A stretch of 64,000 nucleotides of DNA from Candidatus Puniceispirillum sp. (GTDB taxonomy: Bacteria; Pseudomonadota; Alphaproteobacteria; Puniceispirillales; Puniceispirillaceae). Location: positions 5,442 through 69,441 of the forward strand of contig JAOEVD010000003.1 in assembly GCA_028383305.1 (NCBI GenBank), given 5' to 3'. Shown one piece after another: positions 1 to 11,257 of the stretch. The position numbers were made by a program, and so were the translations under genes. The notes under the pieces are model-generated. The model was given only the letters and a program-made list of their open reading frames with translations, did not search any database and was not told where the DNA came from. Numbering within the stretch: the first letter of the stretch is position 1; every line of letters begins with the position of its first letter.

Positions 1-663
1 AAGCGCGGATTGCCGCGTCACCGCCCGCCTTATGTCGCACAGGTTGGTATCTTTAACCGGCCAACATTGGTGCATAATATCGAAACGCTGCACTGGATTA
101 CCCGCATTTGCCGTGAAGGGCCAGAGGTGCTGTCGTCGGTTGAAAAGAACGGGCGGACAGGTCTTCGCAGCTATTCAGTATCGGGCCGTGTGGCAAATCC
201 GGGTGTGCATCTTTTGCCGTCCGGTTCAACTATTACCGATATTATTGAGGCGGCTGGCGGCATGGCCGAAGACCATGTTTTCAAGGCCTATCAACCGGGT
301 GGTCCATCATCAGGCCTGTTGCCTGCCAGCGTGAATGACGTTCCGCTTGATTTTGATACATTGCAACCGCTTGGCACCTTTATTGGGTCGGCTGCGGTGG
401 TGGTGTTGTCGGATCAAGATCGGGTGCGTGACGCGGCGCTGAATATGCTTCGCTTTTTTGAAGATGAAAGCTGTGGTCAATGCACGCCATGCCGCGCCGG
501 TTGCAGCAAGGCGGTTCAGCTGATGCAAGCCGACAAATGGGATCAGCCTTTGTTGCAGGATCTGTGTGATGTGATGCAGGACGCGTCCATCTGCGGATTG
601 GGACAAGCTGCCCCGAACCCTATTCGTTTAACGATGAAACATTTCTCTGAAGAAGTTAGTTGA
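1..663 (+). CDS. NAD-dependent formate dehydrogenase beta (diaphorase, NuoF-like) subunit, 5' partial
   Basis: Frame open from base 1; NuoF C-terminal motifs ESCGQCTPCR and SICGLGQAA (4Fe-4S), GGPSSG; directly upstream of FDH alpha. Confidence 0.9.
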   Translation, partial: KRGLPRHRPPYVAQVGIFNRPTLVHNIETLHWITRICREGPEVLSSVEKNGRTGLRSYSVSGRVANPGVHLLPSGSTITDIIEAAGGMAEDHVFKAYQPGGPSSGLLPASVNDVPLDFDTLQPLGTFIGSAAVVVLSDQDRVRDAALNMLRFFEDESCGQCTPCRAGCSKAVQLMQADKWDQPLLQDLCDVMQDASICGLGQAAPNPIRLTMKHFSEEVS

Positions 664-670
664 GGCCCCC

Positions 671-3454
671 ATGCTAGATTCAACGCCGCAAAAAACCGTA
701 ACCTTTAAACTGGATAGCAAGGATATTTCCGTGCCAGAAGGCGCAACCATTTGGGAAGCGGCACAAGCCCAAGGAACCTTGATTCCACATTTGTGTCACA
801 AGCCCGAGCCCGGGTATCGCTCGGATGGCAATTGCCGTGCCTGTATGGTTGAAATCGAGGGTGAGCGCGTTTTGGCTGCCTCTTGTATCCGGCCGGTACA
901 AGATGGCATGGTGGTGAATACGGCAAGCGAACGCGCCGAGAAATCACGCGCGCTTGTGGTCGAATTGCTGGCGGCAGACCAGCCCAACCAGCCGCATGAT
1001 GCGTCATCACATTTTCTGGATATGGCCGCATTGAATGGTGTGTCTGAAAGCCGTTTTCCGGCGCGTGATGCCTGTCATGTTCCGCTGCTTGACGATAGTC
1101 ATGTGGCGATGAGTGTCAATCTGGACGCCTGTATCCATTGTAACCTTTGCGTTCGCGCTTGTCGTGAAGTGCAGGTGAATGATGTGATTGGCATGGCCGG
1201 ACGCGGTCTCGATGCGCAGATCGTTTTTGATATGAATGATCCAATGGGGCAATCAACCTGTGTTGCCTGTGGTGAATGTGTTCAGGCCTGCCCAACGGGT
1301 GCTTTGATGCCGGCAAGCGTTCTTGATGATGCACAGCATGGCGACAGCAAAGATTTCGATCGCGAAGTCCAGTCAGTTTGCCCTTATTGCGGGGTTGGTT
1401 GCCAGCTTTCCTTAAAAATCAAGGATGATGAAATCAAATATGTTGAAGGGGTGAATGGCCCAGCCAACGAAAACCGGCTTTGTGTAAAGGGGCGGTTCGG
1501 TTTTGACTATGTTCATCACGATCACCGCCTGACCAAGCCATTAATCCGGCGTGATGATGCGCCAGCAAAGGGGCTGAATGTTGATCCGGCAAATGCGTTG
1601 ACGCATTTCCGCGAAGCCAGCTGGGAAGAAGCGCTGGATGCGGCGGCAAACGGCTTTATCAAGCATCGCGATATTTCAGGTAAGCGCATTGCCGGTTTCG
1701 GATCGGCAAAATGTTCGAATGAAGAAGCCTATCTTTTCCAAAAGATGATCCGTCAGGGGTTTGGCCATAATAACGTCGATCATTGTACGCGGCTATGTCA
1801 TGCCTCATCGGTTGCGGCTTTGCTGGAAAATGTGGGTTCGGCTGCGGTTACGGCAACCTTTAACGAAATTGAAAATGCCGACGTCGCCATTGTGATTGGT
1901 GCCAACCCAACCGAAAACCATCCGGTTGCGGCAACCTATTTCAAACAATTTGCCAAACGTGGCGGTAAATTGATTGTGATGGATCCGCGCGGGCAGGGAC
2001 TCCAGCGTCATGCTGCTCATATGTTGCAATTCCGCCCGGGTGCCGATGTGTCAATGCTGAACGCCATCATGCATGTGATTGTCGAAGAACAGCTTTATGA
2101 TCAGCAATATATCGAGAGCTTTACCGAAAACTGGGACGCGATGAAAGCGCATCTCAAAGAATTTTCGCCGGAGAAAATGTCTAAATTCTGCGGCATTGAG
2201 GCGAAAACGCTTCGTGCTGTTGCGCGCGATTTTGCCGGTGCCAAATCAGCGATGATTTTCTGGGGAATGGGCGTGTCGCAGCATATCCACGGAACCGATA
2301 ATTCACGTTGCCTGATTTCGCTGGCTTTGATGTGTGGACAGGTTGGGCGTCTGGGAACCGGCTTGCATCCGCTGCGCGGCCAGAACAATGTTCAGGGCGC
2401 ATCTGATGCGGGTTTGATCCCAATGTTCCTTCCCGATTATCAAAGCGTCACCGATGATGGTGTGCGTTCGGCCTTTAATGAAATTTGGCATTCAGATTCG
2501 ATTGCGCCAGAAAAAGGCCTGACCGTGACCGAAATTATGGATGCAATTCATGATGGTGATATCACTTCGATGTATGTTCTTGGTGAAAATCCGGCTATGT
2601 CCGACCCTGATGCCGATCATGCGCGGGCGGCGCTTGCCAAGCTGGATCATCTGGTTGTGCAGGATATTTTCCTGACCGAGACCGCTAATTATGCTGATGT
2701 GATTTTGCCAGCATCGGCGTGGGCAGAAAAAACCGGAACCGTAACCAATACAAACCGTCAGGTTCAAATGGGTCGTCCGGCCATTGCACCGCCAGGTGAC
2801 GCCCGCGAAGATTGGTGGATTACCGTCGAGCTTGCGAAACGCATTGGTCTTGATTGGACCTATACGCATCCGCGCGAAGTGTTTGCCGAAATGAAACTAT
2901 CGATGAAATCACTTGATAATATCTCATGGGATCGTTTGGCAGCTGAAAATGTTGTTACCTATCCATCACTGGATGAAACTGATCCGGGGCAGCCGATCGT
3001 GTTTGGTGATGGGTTCCCGCGAACTGATGGGCGGGCTAGATTCACCCCTGCCAGTATTATTGCGCCTGCCGAAACACCGGATACAGAATATCCGATGATT
3101 TTGACAACGGGCCGCCAGCTCGAGCATTGGCATACTGGATCAATGACCCGCCGTGCCACAGTGCTGGATGCGGTTGAACCGCAGGCAAATGCCTCACTCC
3201 ATCCGCGCACCCTTCGCCGGTTGGGAGTCGAGGCTGGTGATATGATAACGATTGAAACGCGGCGTGGGTCGATTTCGATCATGGCGCGTGCCGATCGTGC
3301 GGTTGCTGAAGACATGGTCTTTGTGCCATTCGCTTATGTCGAAGCTGCCGCGAATATCTTGACCAATCCGGTTGTTGATCCATTTGGTAAGATACCTGAG
3401 TTCAAATTTGCCGCTTGTCGGGTTGCCGCCACGATGGGCATTGCCGCCGAATAG
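671..3454 (+). CDS. fdhA: Soluble formate dehydrogenase alpha subunit (bis-MGD Mo/W; Fdh1A/FdsA-like)
   Basis: N-terminal 2Fe-2S (HLCH..GNCRACMV), two CxxCxxCxxxC, CPYCGVGC, active site DHCTRLCHA (Cys ligand), PLRGQNNVQG; no Tat signal. Confidence 0.95.
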   Translation: MLDSTPQKTVTFKLDSKDISVPEGATIWEAAQAQGTLIPHLCHKPEPGYRSDGNCRACMVEIEGERVLAASCIRPVQDGMVVNTASERAEKSRALVVELLAADQPNQPHDASSHFLDMAALNGVSESRFPARDACHVPLLDDSHVAMSVNLDACIHCNLCVRACREVQVNDVIGMAGRGLDAQIVFDMNDPMGQSTCVACGECVQACPTGALMPASVLDDAQHGDSKDFDREVQSVCPYCGVGCQLSLKIKDDEIKYVEGVNGPANENRLCVKGRFGFDYVHHDHRLTKPLIRRDDAPAKGLNVDPANALTHFREASWEEALDAAANGFIKHRDISGKRIAGFGSAKCSNEEAYLFQKMIRQGFGHNNVDHCTRLCHASSVAALLENVGSAAVTATFNEIENADVAIVIGANPTENHPVAATYFKQFAKRGGKLIVMDPRGQGLQRHAAHMLQFRPGADVSMLNAIMHVIVEEQLYDQQYIESFTENWDAMKAHLKEFSPEKMSKFCGIEAKTLRAVARDFAGAKSAMIFWGMGVSQHIHGTDNSRCLISLALMCGQVGRLGTGLHPLRGQNNVQGASDAGLIPMFLPDYQSVTDDGVRSAFNEIWHSDSIAPEKGLTVTEIMDAIHDGDITSMYVLGENPAMSDPDADHARAALAKLDHLVVQDIFLTETANYADVILPASAWAEKTGTVTNTNRQVQMGRPAIAPPGDAREDWWITVELAKRIGLDWTYTHPREVFAEMKLSMKSLDNISWDRLAAENVVTYPSLDETDPGQPIVFGDGFPRTDGRARFTPASIIAPAETPDTEYPMILTTGRQLEHWHTGSMTRRATVLDAVEPQANASLHPRTLRRLGVEAGDMITIETRRGSISIMARADRAVAEDMVFVPFAYVEAAANILTNPVVDPFGKIPEFKFAACRVAATMGIAAE

Positions 3455-3495
3455 GCATGGTAACCCGTATCATTTGACGCGATCCAAAAACACTG

Positions 3496-3529
3496 CCCCG
3501 ATCACCATTACCGGTGATCGGGGTTTTTT
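3496..3529 (+). terminator. Rho-independent terminator after fdhA
   Basis: CCCCGATCACC-ATTACC-GGTGATCGGGG followed by T6. Confidence 0.85.
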
Positions 3530-3559
3530 GTTGGATTTTGCACCAAAGTAAAAAGAAAA

Positions 3560-3574
3560 TGTAAAATATTTACA
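3560..3574. promoter_or_regulatory. Palindromic operator candidate TGTAAA-ATA-TTTACA
   Basis: Perfect 6-bp inverted arms in an AT-rich intergenic region upstream of the PanE-like gene. Confidence 0.4.
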
Positions 3575-3705
3575 ATTTTCATTTTTTCACTATTTTCCTT
3601 TGAATTCTTTGTTTCTACCAGTAAAGCTAGATTAGGTAAGGCCGAAATTGCCCGCTTGGACGGCTTAAGCATCGCGATCATGAAGGAATGAAGGGGAGTC
3701 GAGCC

Positions 3706-4767
3706 ATGAAACTTTTGATCCTAGGAGCCTCGTATGGCTCACTTCTGTCAACAAAACTATTGATGGCTGGCCATGATGTCACTTTGATCTGCCGCAGCAA
3801 ATCGGCCGCGCTGATTAATGATGAGGGCACTGAAGTCAGAATCAAATTGCGCGATGAAGATAGTCACAGGGCATTTAGGTCTCATGATCTTGCTGGCACG
3901 CTTGATGCGGTCACACCGGCCGATGCGCGGCCTGAAGATTATGACATGATTAGCCTTGCCATGCAGGAACCACAATATTCGGAGCCGCAGGTGCGCGATT
4001 TGATGCAACGCATTGCCGCCAGCCGCAAGCCATGCTTATCGATAATGAATATGCCGCCTTTGCCATTTTTGCGCCGTATCGATGCGCTGGCTGGGGCACC
4101 GCTTGACATGTGCTATGATGATGTGTCGGTTTGGGCAGATTTCGAGCCCGGTCTGATGTCGCTTTGCAGCCCGGACCCTCAGGCTTTTCGTCCACCCGAA
4201 GAAGGCACCAATATTCTTCATGTTGGTCTGCCAACCAATTTTAAGGCAGCGGTATTTGCTGATCTGGCGCATAATGCAATGCTTCGCCAGCTTGAATCCG
4301 ATATTGCCGCGGTTACCGTTGATGGCAAGGATGTGCCGGTAAAGCTGCGCATCTATGACAGCCTGTTTGTGCCAATGGCGAAGTGGAGCATGCTTTTGAC
4401 CGGCAATTATCAATGCGTCCAGCGTGACGGCGTGCGGGCAATTCGCGATGCTGTTCATGGCGATCTTGCTGCCTCGGCGGAAATGTATGCTTGGGTTGAC
4501 ACGCTGGCACGGGCGCTTGGCGCAGATGCGGCTGATCAGGTACCGTTTGACAAATATGCAAATGCAGCTAGCAGCCTGTTAAAGCCGTCCTCAGCCGCGC
4601 GCGCGATTGATGGTGGTGCCAAGACGATCGAGCGTGTTGATTTGCTGGTGCAGCGGGTTGCCGCCAGCATCGGCATGCAGAATGACCTTCTTGACGAGAC
4701 TGTCGCAATTGTGAATGACCGTCTTGATGCCAACCGGTTTGAGGCGCCTTTTTTTAAGGTCGCTTAA
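3706..4767 (+). CDS. Ketopantoate reductase (PanE/ApbA)-like NAD(P)H oxidoreductase
   Basis: Rossmann start MKLLILGASYGSL; GGGGAG RBS before ATG 3706; PanE-like C-terminal pattern (AKW..N, KPSS, ERVD). Confidence 0.65.
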   Translation: MKLLILGASYGSLLSTKLLMAGHDVTLICRSKSAALINDEGTEVRIKLRDEDSHRAFRSHDLAGTLDAVTPADARPEDYDMISLAMQEPQYSEPQVRDLMQRIAASRKPCLSIMNMPPLPFLRRIDALAGAPLDMCYDDVSVWADFEPGLMSLCSPDPQAFRPPEEGTNILHVGLPTNFKAAVFADLAHNAMLRQLESDIAAVTVDGKDVPVKLRIYDSLFVPMAKWSMLLTGNYQCVQRDGVRAIRDAVHGDLAASAEMYAWVDTLARALGADAADQVPFDKYANAASSLLKPSSAARAIDGGAKTIERVDLLVQRVAASIGMQNDLLDETVAIVNDRLDANRFEAPFFKVA

Positions 4768-4808
4768 TAGCGTTTAACAGTCCAACTCACGCATAAATAT
4801 TGCATATT

Positions 4809-4842
4809 AAAAAGGGGCGGTACCATCAGTATCGCCCCTTTT
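4809..4842. terminator. Bidirectional terminator between convergent PanE-like gene and sucD
   Basis: AAAAGGGGCGGTAC-CATCA-GTATCGCCCCTTTT. Confidence 0.85.
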
Positions 4843-4865
4843 GCCTGCGGTGGAGGGATGCTGAT

Positions 4866-5768
4866 CTAGCCGTTCAGAACATCCACAAGCGTGACGCCAA
4901 GTTTGGCAGGAGACGGTGACACGCGCACTCCTGCGTCTTCTAGCGCCGCAATTTTTTCATCAGCACCGCCCTTACCACCTGAAATAACGGCACCAGCATG
5001 ACCCATGGTGCGGCCAGGCGGTGAGGTGCGGCCAGCGATAAAGCCAACCATCGGCTTTGAACGACCTTTTTTGGCTTCGTCGATCAGGAATTGCGCCGCA
5101 TCTTCTTCGGCTGATCCGCCGATTTCGCCAATCATGATGATCGATTCGGTTTGATCATCAGCAAGGAACATTTCCAAAACATCGATAAATTCAGTGCCTT
5201 TTACCGGATCACCGCCAATGCCGACAGCCGACGACTGGCCAAGACCGGCCATTGATGTCTGATACACTGCCTCATAGGTCAGAGTGCCAGAGCGTGACAG
5301 CACGCCAACCGAACCTTTGCGGAAAATGCTTGGCGGCATGATGCCGATTTTGCATTCGTCAGGTGTCATCAGACCCGGACAGTTTGGCCCGATCAGGCGT
5401 GATTTCGACTTATCCAGCTTTTCCTTTACCCGCACCATATCCTGAACCGGTACACCTTCGGTGATACAGGTAATCAGATCAATGCCAGCATCAATCGCTT
5501 CTTCAATCGCAGCCGCAGCGCCTGCTGGTGGAACATAGATAACCGAGGCGTTGGCGCCAGTGGCGTCCTTGGCTTCGGCAACAGTGGTAAATAGCGGCAG
5601 GCTTTGCCCATCGGCGCTAGTCCACTGCTGGCCACCTTTCTTTGGGTGGGTTCCGGCGAGCATTTGCGTGCCATGATAGGCCAATGCCTGTTCAGTGTGA
5701 AATGTGCCCGTTTTACCAGTCAGACCTTGCACAATGATTTTAGTGTCTTTATTGATGAGAATAGACAT
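4866..5768 (-). CDS. sucD: Succinate--CoA ligase alpha subunit
   Basis: [27 protein letters not shown], phospho-His motif MGHAGA. Confidence 0.95.
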   Translation of the reverse strand: MSILINKDTKIIVQGLTGKTGTFHTEQALAYHGTQMLAGTHPKKGGQQWTSADGQSLPLFTTVAEAKDATGANASVIYVPPAGAAAAIEEAIDAGIDLITCITEGVPVQDMVRVKEKLDKSKSRLIGPNCPGLMTPDECKIGIMPPSIFRKGSVGVLSRSGTLTYEAVYQTSMAGLGQSSAVGIGGDPVKGTEFIDVLEMFLADDQTESIIMIGEIGGSAEEDAAQFLIDEAKKGRSKPMVGFIAGRTSPPGRTMGHAGAVISGGKGGADEKIAALEDAGVRVSPSPAKLGVTLVDVLNG

Positions 5769-5772
5769 GTGC

Positions 5773-6966
5773 TTAGCCTTTCACTGCTTTGACAATTTTT
5801 TGAGCTGCATCATCCAAATCATCGGCGGCGATAACATTCAGCCCACTGCTGTTGATAATGGCTTTGCCTTCATCGACCTTGGTGCCTTCGAGGCGAACCA
5901 CCAAAGGCACTTTAAGATTGATATCCTTAGCCGCTTGGACAACGCCCTCGGCAATAACATCACAACGCATGATGCCGCCAAAAATATTGACCAAAATCCC
6001 TTTTACATTTGGATCAGCGGTAATGATTTTAAAGGCTGCGGTAACGCGTTCGGTTGTTGCGCTGCCGCCAACATCAAGAAAGTTTGCTGGCTCGGCGCCA
6101 TATAGCTTGATGATGTCCATTGTGGCCATCGCAAGACCGGCACCATTGACCATACAGCCAATTTCACCATCAAGAGCGATATAGGCAAGGTCATATTTTG
6201 AGGCTTCGACTTCTTTTTCATCTTCTTCAGTAATGTCGCGTAATTCTATAACATCGGGATGCCGGAACAGCGCGTTGTTATCAAAAGACACTTTGGCATC
6301 AAGCACCTGAACATCATTTGATTTGGTGATGATCAACGGGTTGATTTCCAAAAGGCTCATATCCTTGCTGACAAAAGCCTCGAAAAGATTCTTGAAAAGC
6401 GCCATGCCCTGTTCGCGCGCTGACCCCTCAAGCTTTAACGCATTAGCGAGTGTTGCCGCGTCGGCATCAGTGCAGCCAGTGCTAGCGTTAATGCCAACTG
6501 AATGAATCAGTTCAGGCGTGTCATGTGCAACCGTCTCAATATCCATGCCGCCTTCGGTTGAGGCGACGAAAGAGGTTTTGCCGGTTTCGCGGTCAACGAG
6601 GATCGACAGATATAATTCACGGTCAATATCAGCGCCATCTTCGACATAAAGCTGATTGACGGCTTTGCCATTTGGGCCGGTTTGCTGTGTCACGAGGGTT
6701 TTGCCAAACATTTCAACAGCATTGGCAAGGGCTTCCTCAGCCGAGAAAGAGACGCGAACGCCACCTTTGGCATCAACGCCAAGTTCCTTGAATTTTCCTT
6801 TTCCGCGTCCGCCAGCATGGATCTGGCTTTTGACCACCCATACTGGGCCGGGAAGGGATGCAATTGCGCTTTTGGCTTGGTCAAGGCTGGTGATTGCGAC
6901 GCCAGCAGCAATGGGCGCACCAAATGTCTGTAAAATTTTCTTCGCCTGATGTTCATGGATATTCAT
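5773..6966 (-). CDS. sucC: Succinate--CoA ligase beta subunit
   Basis: Start MNIHEHQAK at 6966; [35 protein letters not shown]. Confidence 0.95.
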   Translation of the reverse strand: MNIHEHQAKKILQTFGAPIAAGVAITSLDQAKSAIASLPGPVWVVKSQIHAGGRGKGKFKELGVDAKGGVRVSFSAEEALANAVEMFGKTLVTQQTGPNGKAVNQLYVEDGADIDRELYLSILVDRETGKTSFVASTEGGMDIETVAHDTPELIHSVGINASTGCTDADAATLANALKLEGSAREQGMALFKNLFEAFVSKDMSLLEINPLIITKSNDVQVLDAKVSFDNNALFRHPDVIELRDITEEDEKEVEASKYDLAYIALDGEIGCMVNGAGLAMATMDIIKLYGAEPANFLDVGGSATTERVTAAFKIITADPNVKGILVNIFGGIMRCDVIAEGVVQAAKDINLKVPLVVRLEGTKVDEGKAIINSSGLNVIAADDLDDAAQKIVKAVKG

Positions 6967-7163
6967 TGTTACTGTCTTTCTCCCGCTATGTGGCCTTGTG
7001 TGATAAAGCCACAAAAATTGCAACGATCGATCTGTTCTCACATATCTACGCAAAAAATGCACACAAGTTTTTTACGCAACAGTTTTGGTGAAACTGCCTT
7101 ACGACATATCAGTCAAATCGGGTCGTTGTTTTGCCTCATATTTTGCAATATTCCTGCTTTATA

Positions 7164-7257
7164 TGGTATGCCACACACCACTAATAGCAAGCGCTATCGT
7201 TAAACTATCGTTCTAAAAACCGCTTGACGAGTGTTATGTCAGGTGTAAGGTATACCA
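7164..7257. promoter_or_regulatory. Divergent sucC/gntR control region with two GntR(FadR)-type boxes and a sigma70-like promoter
   Basis: TGGTATGCCA (7164-7173) and AGGTATACCA (7248-7257); TTGACG at 7224 with TAAGGT at 7246. Confidence 0.5.
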
Positions 7258-7321
7258 GATAAAGCGCGAGATAACGCAAAATTCATATCAATTAGGGTCG
7301 GAAATTGAAGGGGAGGAATTG

Positions 7322-8065
7322 ATGGCAATTGATGTCAAATTAAAGCCTGTTTCGATCAATTTCACGTTAAAAGACCATATCTATGATGTGCTTCGCGAAA
7401 GCATTTTAAAGGTTGATATCTATGATGCCGATGAAGAGCTGCGCCTTGATGAGCGCCGGCTCGCCGACCAGCTTGGTATTTCACGAACACCCATTCGGGA
7501 AGCTTTGGCGCGATTGGCACAAGATGGTCTTGTCGAGATTTTACCGCGCAAAGGCGTTTTCATCCATCGCAAAAGTCTTGAAGAAATTCTGGATATGGTC
7601 GTCACTTGGGCTGCGTTGGAAAGCATGGCAGCGCATATCGCCGCGCGCATTGCCCCCGAGGCCGATATTAAAGCGTTGCGCGAATTTGCCATGCGCCACA
7701 GCGCGACCGCGTCAAAAGCCGAGCTGAGCGAATATTCAGATGCTAATATCAAATTCCACCAGGCCATTTTTGATCTGTCGGGCAGCCCGCTATTAAAGTC
7801 GACAACCGATGGTTTGTTTGCGCATATGTTTGCGGTGCGGCGGCGGGCAATGGGCGAAAATAATCGCGCCACCCATTCAGTTGCCGATCATATGGAAATT
7901 ATCGAAGCGCTTGAGGCGCGCGACAGCGAATTGGCGTCGCGTCTGGTGCGCGAACATACTATGCGTTTGCATGATCATATTCGGGAAAGATGGACGCGGC
8001 TTGCAAATAAAGGAAAAGCCCGCGCTGAAATCGCGAAATCAGAAAAAGCATCAGAAAAAACATAA
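7322..8065 (+). CDS. GntR family (FCD domain) transcriptional regulator
   Basis: wHTH LDERRLADQLGISRTPIREAL; FCD motifs NxxFH and DHMEII; GGAGG RBS. Confidence 0.92.
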   Translation: MAIDVKLKPVSINFTLKDHIYDVLRESILKVDIYDADEELRLDERRLADQLGISRTPIREALARLAQDGLVEILPRKGVFIHRKSLEEILDMVVTWAALESMAAHIAARIAPEADIKALREFAMRHSATASKAELSEYSDANIKFHQAIFDLSGSPLLKSTTDGLFAHMFAVRRRAMGENNRATHSVADHMEIIEALEARDSELASRLVREHTMRLHDHIRERWTRLANKGKARAEIAKSEKASEKT

Positions 8066-8166
8066 ACGGTCATCTGCCATGACAAAATAAACAAGCCGCA
8101 GTTCCGACCAAAAGCCTAAAAATCACTTTTTACATTTACTTTGAAGATACCAAGGAGACACAAAAA

Positions 8167-9879
8167 ATGACTTCATCCGAGACACAGGCGCTAACTGACG
8201 GTTTTCACCTCGTTATTGATGCGCTTAAGCTCAATGATATCAACACAATTTACGGTGTGCCGGGTATTCCGATCACCGATCTTGGCCGGATTGCTCAAGC
8301 TGAGGGCATGCGGGTGATTTCCTTCCGTCATGAACAGCATGCTGGCAACGCAGCATCGATTGCCGGTTATCTGACCAAAAAGCCGGGCATCTGCCTAACC
8401 GTGTCGGCACCAGGATTTTTGAACGGTCTGACCGCGCTTGCCAATGCCACCACAAATTGTTTCCCGATGATCCTGATCAGTGGCTCATCCGAGCGTGAGA
8501 TTGTCGATTTGCAGCAAGGTGACTATGAAGAAATGGACCAGCTGGCCATTGCCAAGCCACTTTGTAAGGCGGCCTTCCGCGTTCTTCACGCTGAAGATAT
8601 CGGCATTGCTGTTGCCCGCGCCATTCGTGCCGCGGTTTCAGGTCGTCCGGGCGGTGTTTATCTTGATCTACCAGCCAAATTATTCGCCCAAGTCATGGAT
8701 GCGGCTGAAGGCCAGAAATCACTTGTCAAAGTCGTTGATCCAGCACCGCAGCAATTGCCATCACCTGATTCGATTGCGCGTGCGCTTGATGTGCTGAAAA
8801 GTGCAAAACGTCCATTGATCATTCTTGGTAAAGGCGCTGCCTATGCGCAACAAGACGAAATCGTGCGCAGCTTTGTTGAAAAAAGTGGCGTTCCGTATCT
8901 GCCGATGAGCATGGCCAAAGGTCTGCTGCCTGATGATCACCCGCAATCAGCTGGTGCCGCACGTTCGCTGGTGCTAAAAGAGGCTGATGTTGTTGTCATG
9001 GTTGGGGCGCGTTTGAACTGGCTGTTGTCGCATGGCAAGGGCAAAAGCTGGGGCGAGCCCGGATCGAAACGCTTTATTCAGGTTGATATCGAGCCGCGCG
9101 AAATGGACAGCAATGTCGAGATTGCAGCACCCGTCGTTGGCGATATCGGATCATGCTTAAGCGCCATGACCAAGGCGATGGGCGATAAATGGCCAGCTGT
9201 TCCTGCCGATTGGATTGCCAATATCCAGACGCGCAAAGATGTGAATCTGGAAAAAATGTCAGCCAAGCTTATGAGCAACACAGTGCCAATGGATTTCCAT
9301 AGTGCTCTTGGTGCGCTTCGCACGATCGTCAAGCAGCGTCCTGATGCGATCCTTGTGAATGAGGGTGCAAACACCCTTGATTTCGCGCGGAGTATCATTG
9401 ATGTGTTTAAGCCGCGCAAGCGTCTTGATGTTGGCACATGGGGTATTATGGGTATCGGCATGGGCGCAGCTGTTGCTGCGGCGGTCGAGACTGGCCTGCC
9501 CGTTTTGGCCGTTGAAGGCGATAGCGCTTTTGGATTTTCGGGCATGGAGATCGAAACGATCTGCCGCTATAATTTGCCCGTCTGTGTTGTTGTGTTCAAC
9601 AATAACGGCATCTATCGCGGTACCGATCAAAACCCGACAGGTGGCGAAGACGTCGCCCCGACCGTGTTTGTCAAAGATGCCCGCTATGACCAAATGATGG
9701 CTGCCTTTGGTGGTGTTGGCGTTTATGCGACGACACCGGATGAGCTGACGCGCGCGGTGAATGAAGCAATGGATAGTGGCAAGCCAACCTTGGTCAATGC
9801 TGTCATTGATGAAAATGCCGGTACGGAAAGTGGTCGCATCGGTAACTTGAACCCACAAAGTGTGGTTTCAAAGAAATAG
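8167..9879 (+). CDS. oxc: Oxalyl-CoA decarboxylase
   Basis: [26 protein letters not shown], ThDP motif [14 protein letters not shown]-terminal [10 protein letters not shown]. Confidence 0.96.
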   Translation: MTSSETQALTDGFHLVIDALKLNDINTIYGVPGIPITDLGRIAQAEGMRVISFRHEQHAGNAASIAGYLTKKPGICLTVSAPGFLNGLTALANATTNCFPMILISGSSEREIVDLQQGDYEEMDQLAIAKPLCKAAFRVLHAEDIGIAVARAIRAAVSGRPGGVYLDLPAKLFAQVMDAAEGQKSLVKVVDPAPQQLPSPDSIARALDVLKSAKRPLIILGKGAAYAQQDEIVRSFVEKSGVPYLPMSMAKGLLPDDHPQSAGAARSLVLKEADVVVMVGARLNWLLSHGKGKSWGEPGSKRFIQVDIEPREMDSNVEIAAPVVGDIGSCLSAMTKAMGDKWPAVPADWIANIQTRKDVNLEKMSAKLMSNTVPMDFHSALGALRTIVKQRPDAILVNEGANTLDFARSIIDVFKPRKRLDVGTWGIMGIGMGAAVAAAVETGLPVLAVEGDSAFGFSGMEIETICRYNLPVCVVVFNNNGIYRGTDQNPTGGEDVAPTVFVKDARYDQMMAAFGGVGVYATTPDELTRAVNEAMDSGKPTLVNAVIDENAGTESGRIGNLNPQSVVSKK

Positions 9880-9921
9880 CAACAGAGTCAAAGCATTCCG
9901 GTTTACACATAGGATAAGATT

Positions 9922-11181
9922 ATGAAAGCTCTTCAAGGTATTAAAGTTCTGGATTTCACCCATGTTCAGTCAGGCCCAACCTGTACTCAGCTTCTGGCTT
10001 GGTTTGGCGCGGATGTTATCAAGGTTGAGCGTCCGGGTGTCGGTGATGCAACGCGCCAGCAACTCGTCGATGTTGAAGGGGCCGACAGCCTCTATTTCAC
10101 CATGTTGAACCATAATAAACGGTCAATTGAGCTGAATTCTAAAAACGAAACCGGCAAGCAGATTTTGACCCGTCTTATCGAAACTTGTGATGTTCTTGTG
10201 GAAAATTTTGCCCCGGGCGCGCTTGACCGGATGGGCTTTACATGGGAGCGGATTCAAGAAATCAATCCGCGCCTGATCATGGCGTCAATCAAAGGCTTTG
10301 GCCCGGGCAAATATCAAGATTGCAAGGTTTATGAAAATGTCGCGCAATGTGCGGGTGGTTCGGCCTCAACAACCGGTTTTCGTGATGGCCCGCCATTGGT
10401 GACAGGCGCGCAGATTGGTGATTCGGGAACTGGTCTTCATTTGTGCCTTGGCATTGTAACCGCGCTGTTCCACCGCGAAAAATCTGGTCGTGGCCAAAAA
10501 GTCACTGCGGCGATGCAGGATTCGGTTCTAAACCTTGCCCGCGTAAAGCTTCGTGATCAGCAGCGTCTTGCTGCTGGCCCATTGAAAGAATATTCACAAT
10601 TCGGCGAAGGCATTCCATTTGGTGATGCCACGCCGCGCGCTGGCAATGATTCAGGTGGCGGACAGCCCGGACGCATTCTGCGTTGTAAAGGGTGGGAGCA
10701 AGATCCAAACGCCTATACCTATTTTATCATTCAGGCGGCAGTCTGGGAAAAGGTTTGCGATATCATTGGCGAACCTGATTGGAAAACCAAAGAAGGTTAT
10801 GCCAAGCCACCACAGCGGCTCGATAAATTGAACGAGATTTTTGAGCGTATTGAACAATGGACAATGACCAAGACTAAATTTGAGGTCATGGATGCATGTA
10901 ACCCGCTTGATATTCCGGTTGGTCCGATCTTGTCGATGAAAGAAATTGCCGAAGATGAAGGTCTTTATGCGACCGGAACTTTGGTAAAGGTCGATCATCC
11001 AAAGCGCGGCGAATATATCTCGGTTGGCTGTCCGATAAAATTATCCGACAGTCCGGCTGATGTTCAGCGCTCGCCATTACTTGGTGAGCATACAACCGAA
11101 ATCCTGACGGATGTTCTTGGTTATTCAGCCGAAGAGCTGGCTCAAATCATCGAATCAGGCGCGGTTGGCGCGGCTAAATAA
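9922..11181 (+). CDS. frc: Formyl-CoA:oxalate CoA-transferase
   Basis: [16 protein letters not shown], catalytic [16 protein letters not shown] loop; adjacent to oxc. Confidence 0.95.
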   Translation: MKALQGIKVLDFTHVQSGPTCTQLLAWFGADVIKVERPGVGDATRQQLVDVEGADSLYFTMLNHNKRSIELNSKNETGKQILTRLIETCDVLVENFAPGALDRMGFTWERIQEINPRLIMASIKGFGPGKYQDCKVYENVAQCAGGSASTTGFRDGPPLVTGAQIGDSGTGLHLCLGIVTALFHREKSGRGQKVTAAMQDSVLNLARVKLRDQQRLAAGPLKEYSQFGEGIPFGDATPRAGNDSGGGQPGRILRCKGWEQDPNAYTYFIIQAAVWEKVCDIIGEPDWKTKEGYAKPPQRLDKLNEIFERIEQWTMTKTKFEVMDACNPLDIPVGPILSMKEIAEDEGLYATGTLVKVDHPKRGEYISVGCPIKLSDSPADVQRSPLLGEHTTEILTDVLGYSAEELAQIIESGAVGAAK

Positions 11182-11257
11182 GGATAATATCTTGTTAAAT
11201 TGTTGATTTAAATGGTTTATCTGTAAAATTAGGCTTTGCACTTTAGGAGAGCAGGCA

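Noticed and set aside
4866-6966. Malate thiokinase mtkAB of the serine cycle
   Set aside because: Sequence resembles alphaproteobacterial SucCD, and no mcl/ppc/sga/hpr genes are present; not fully excluded without a phylogeny
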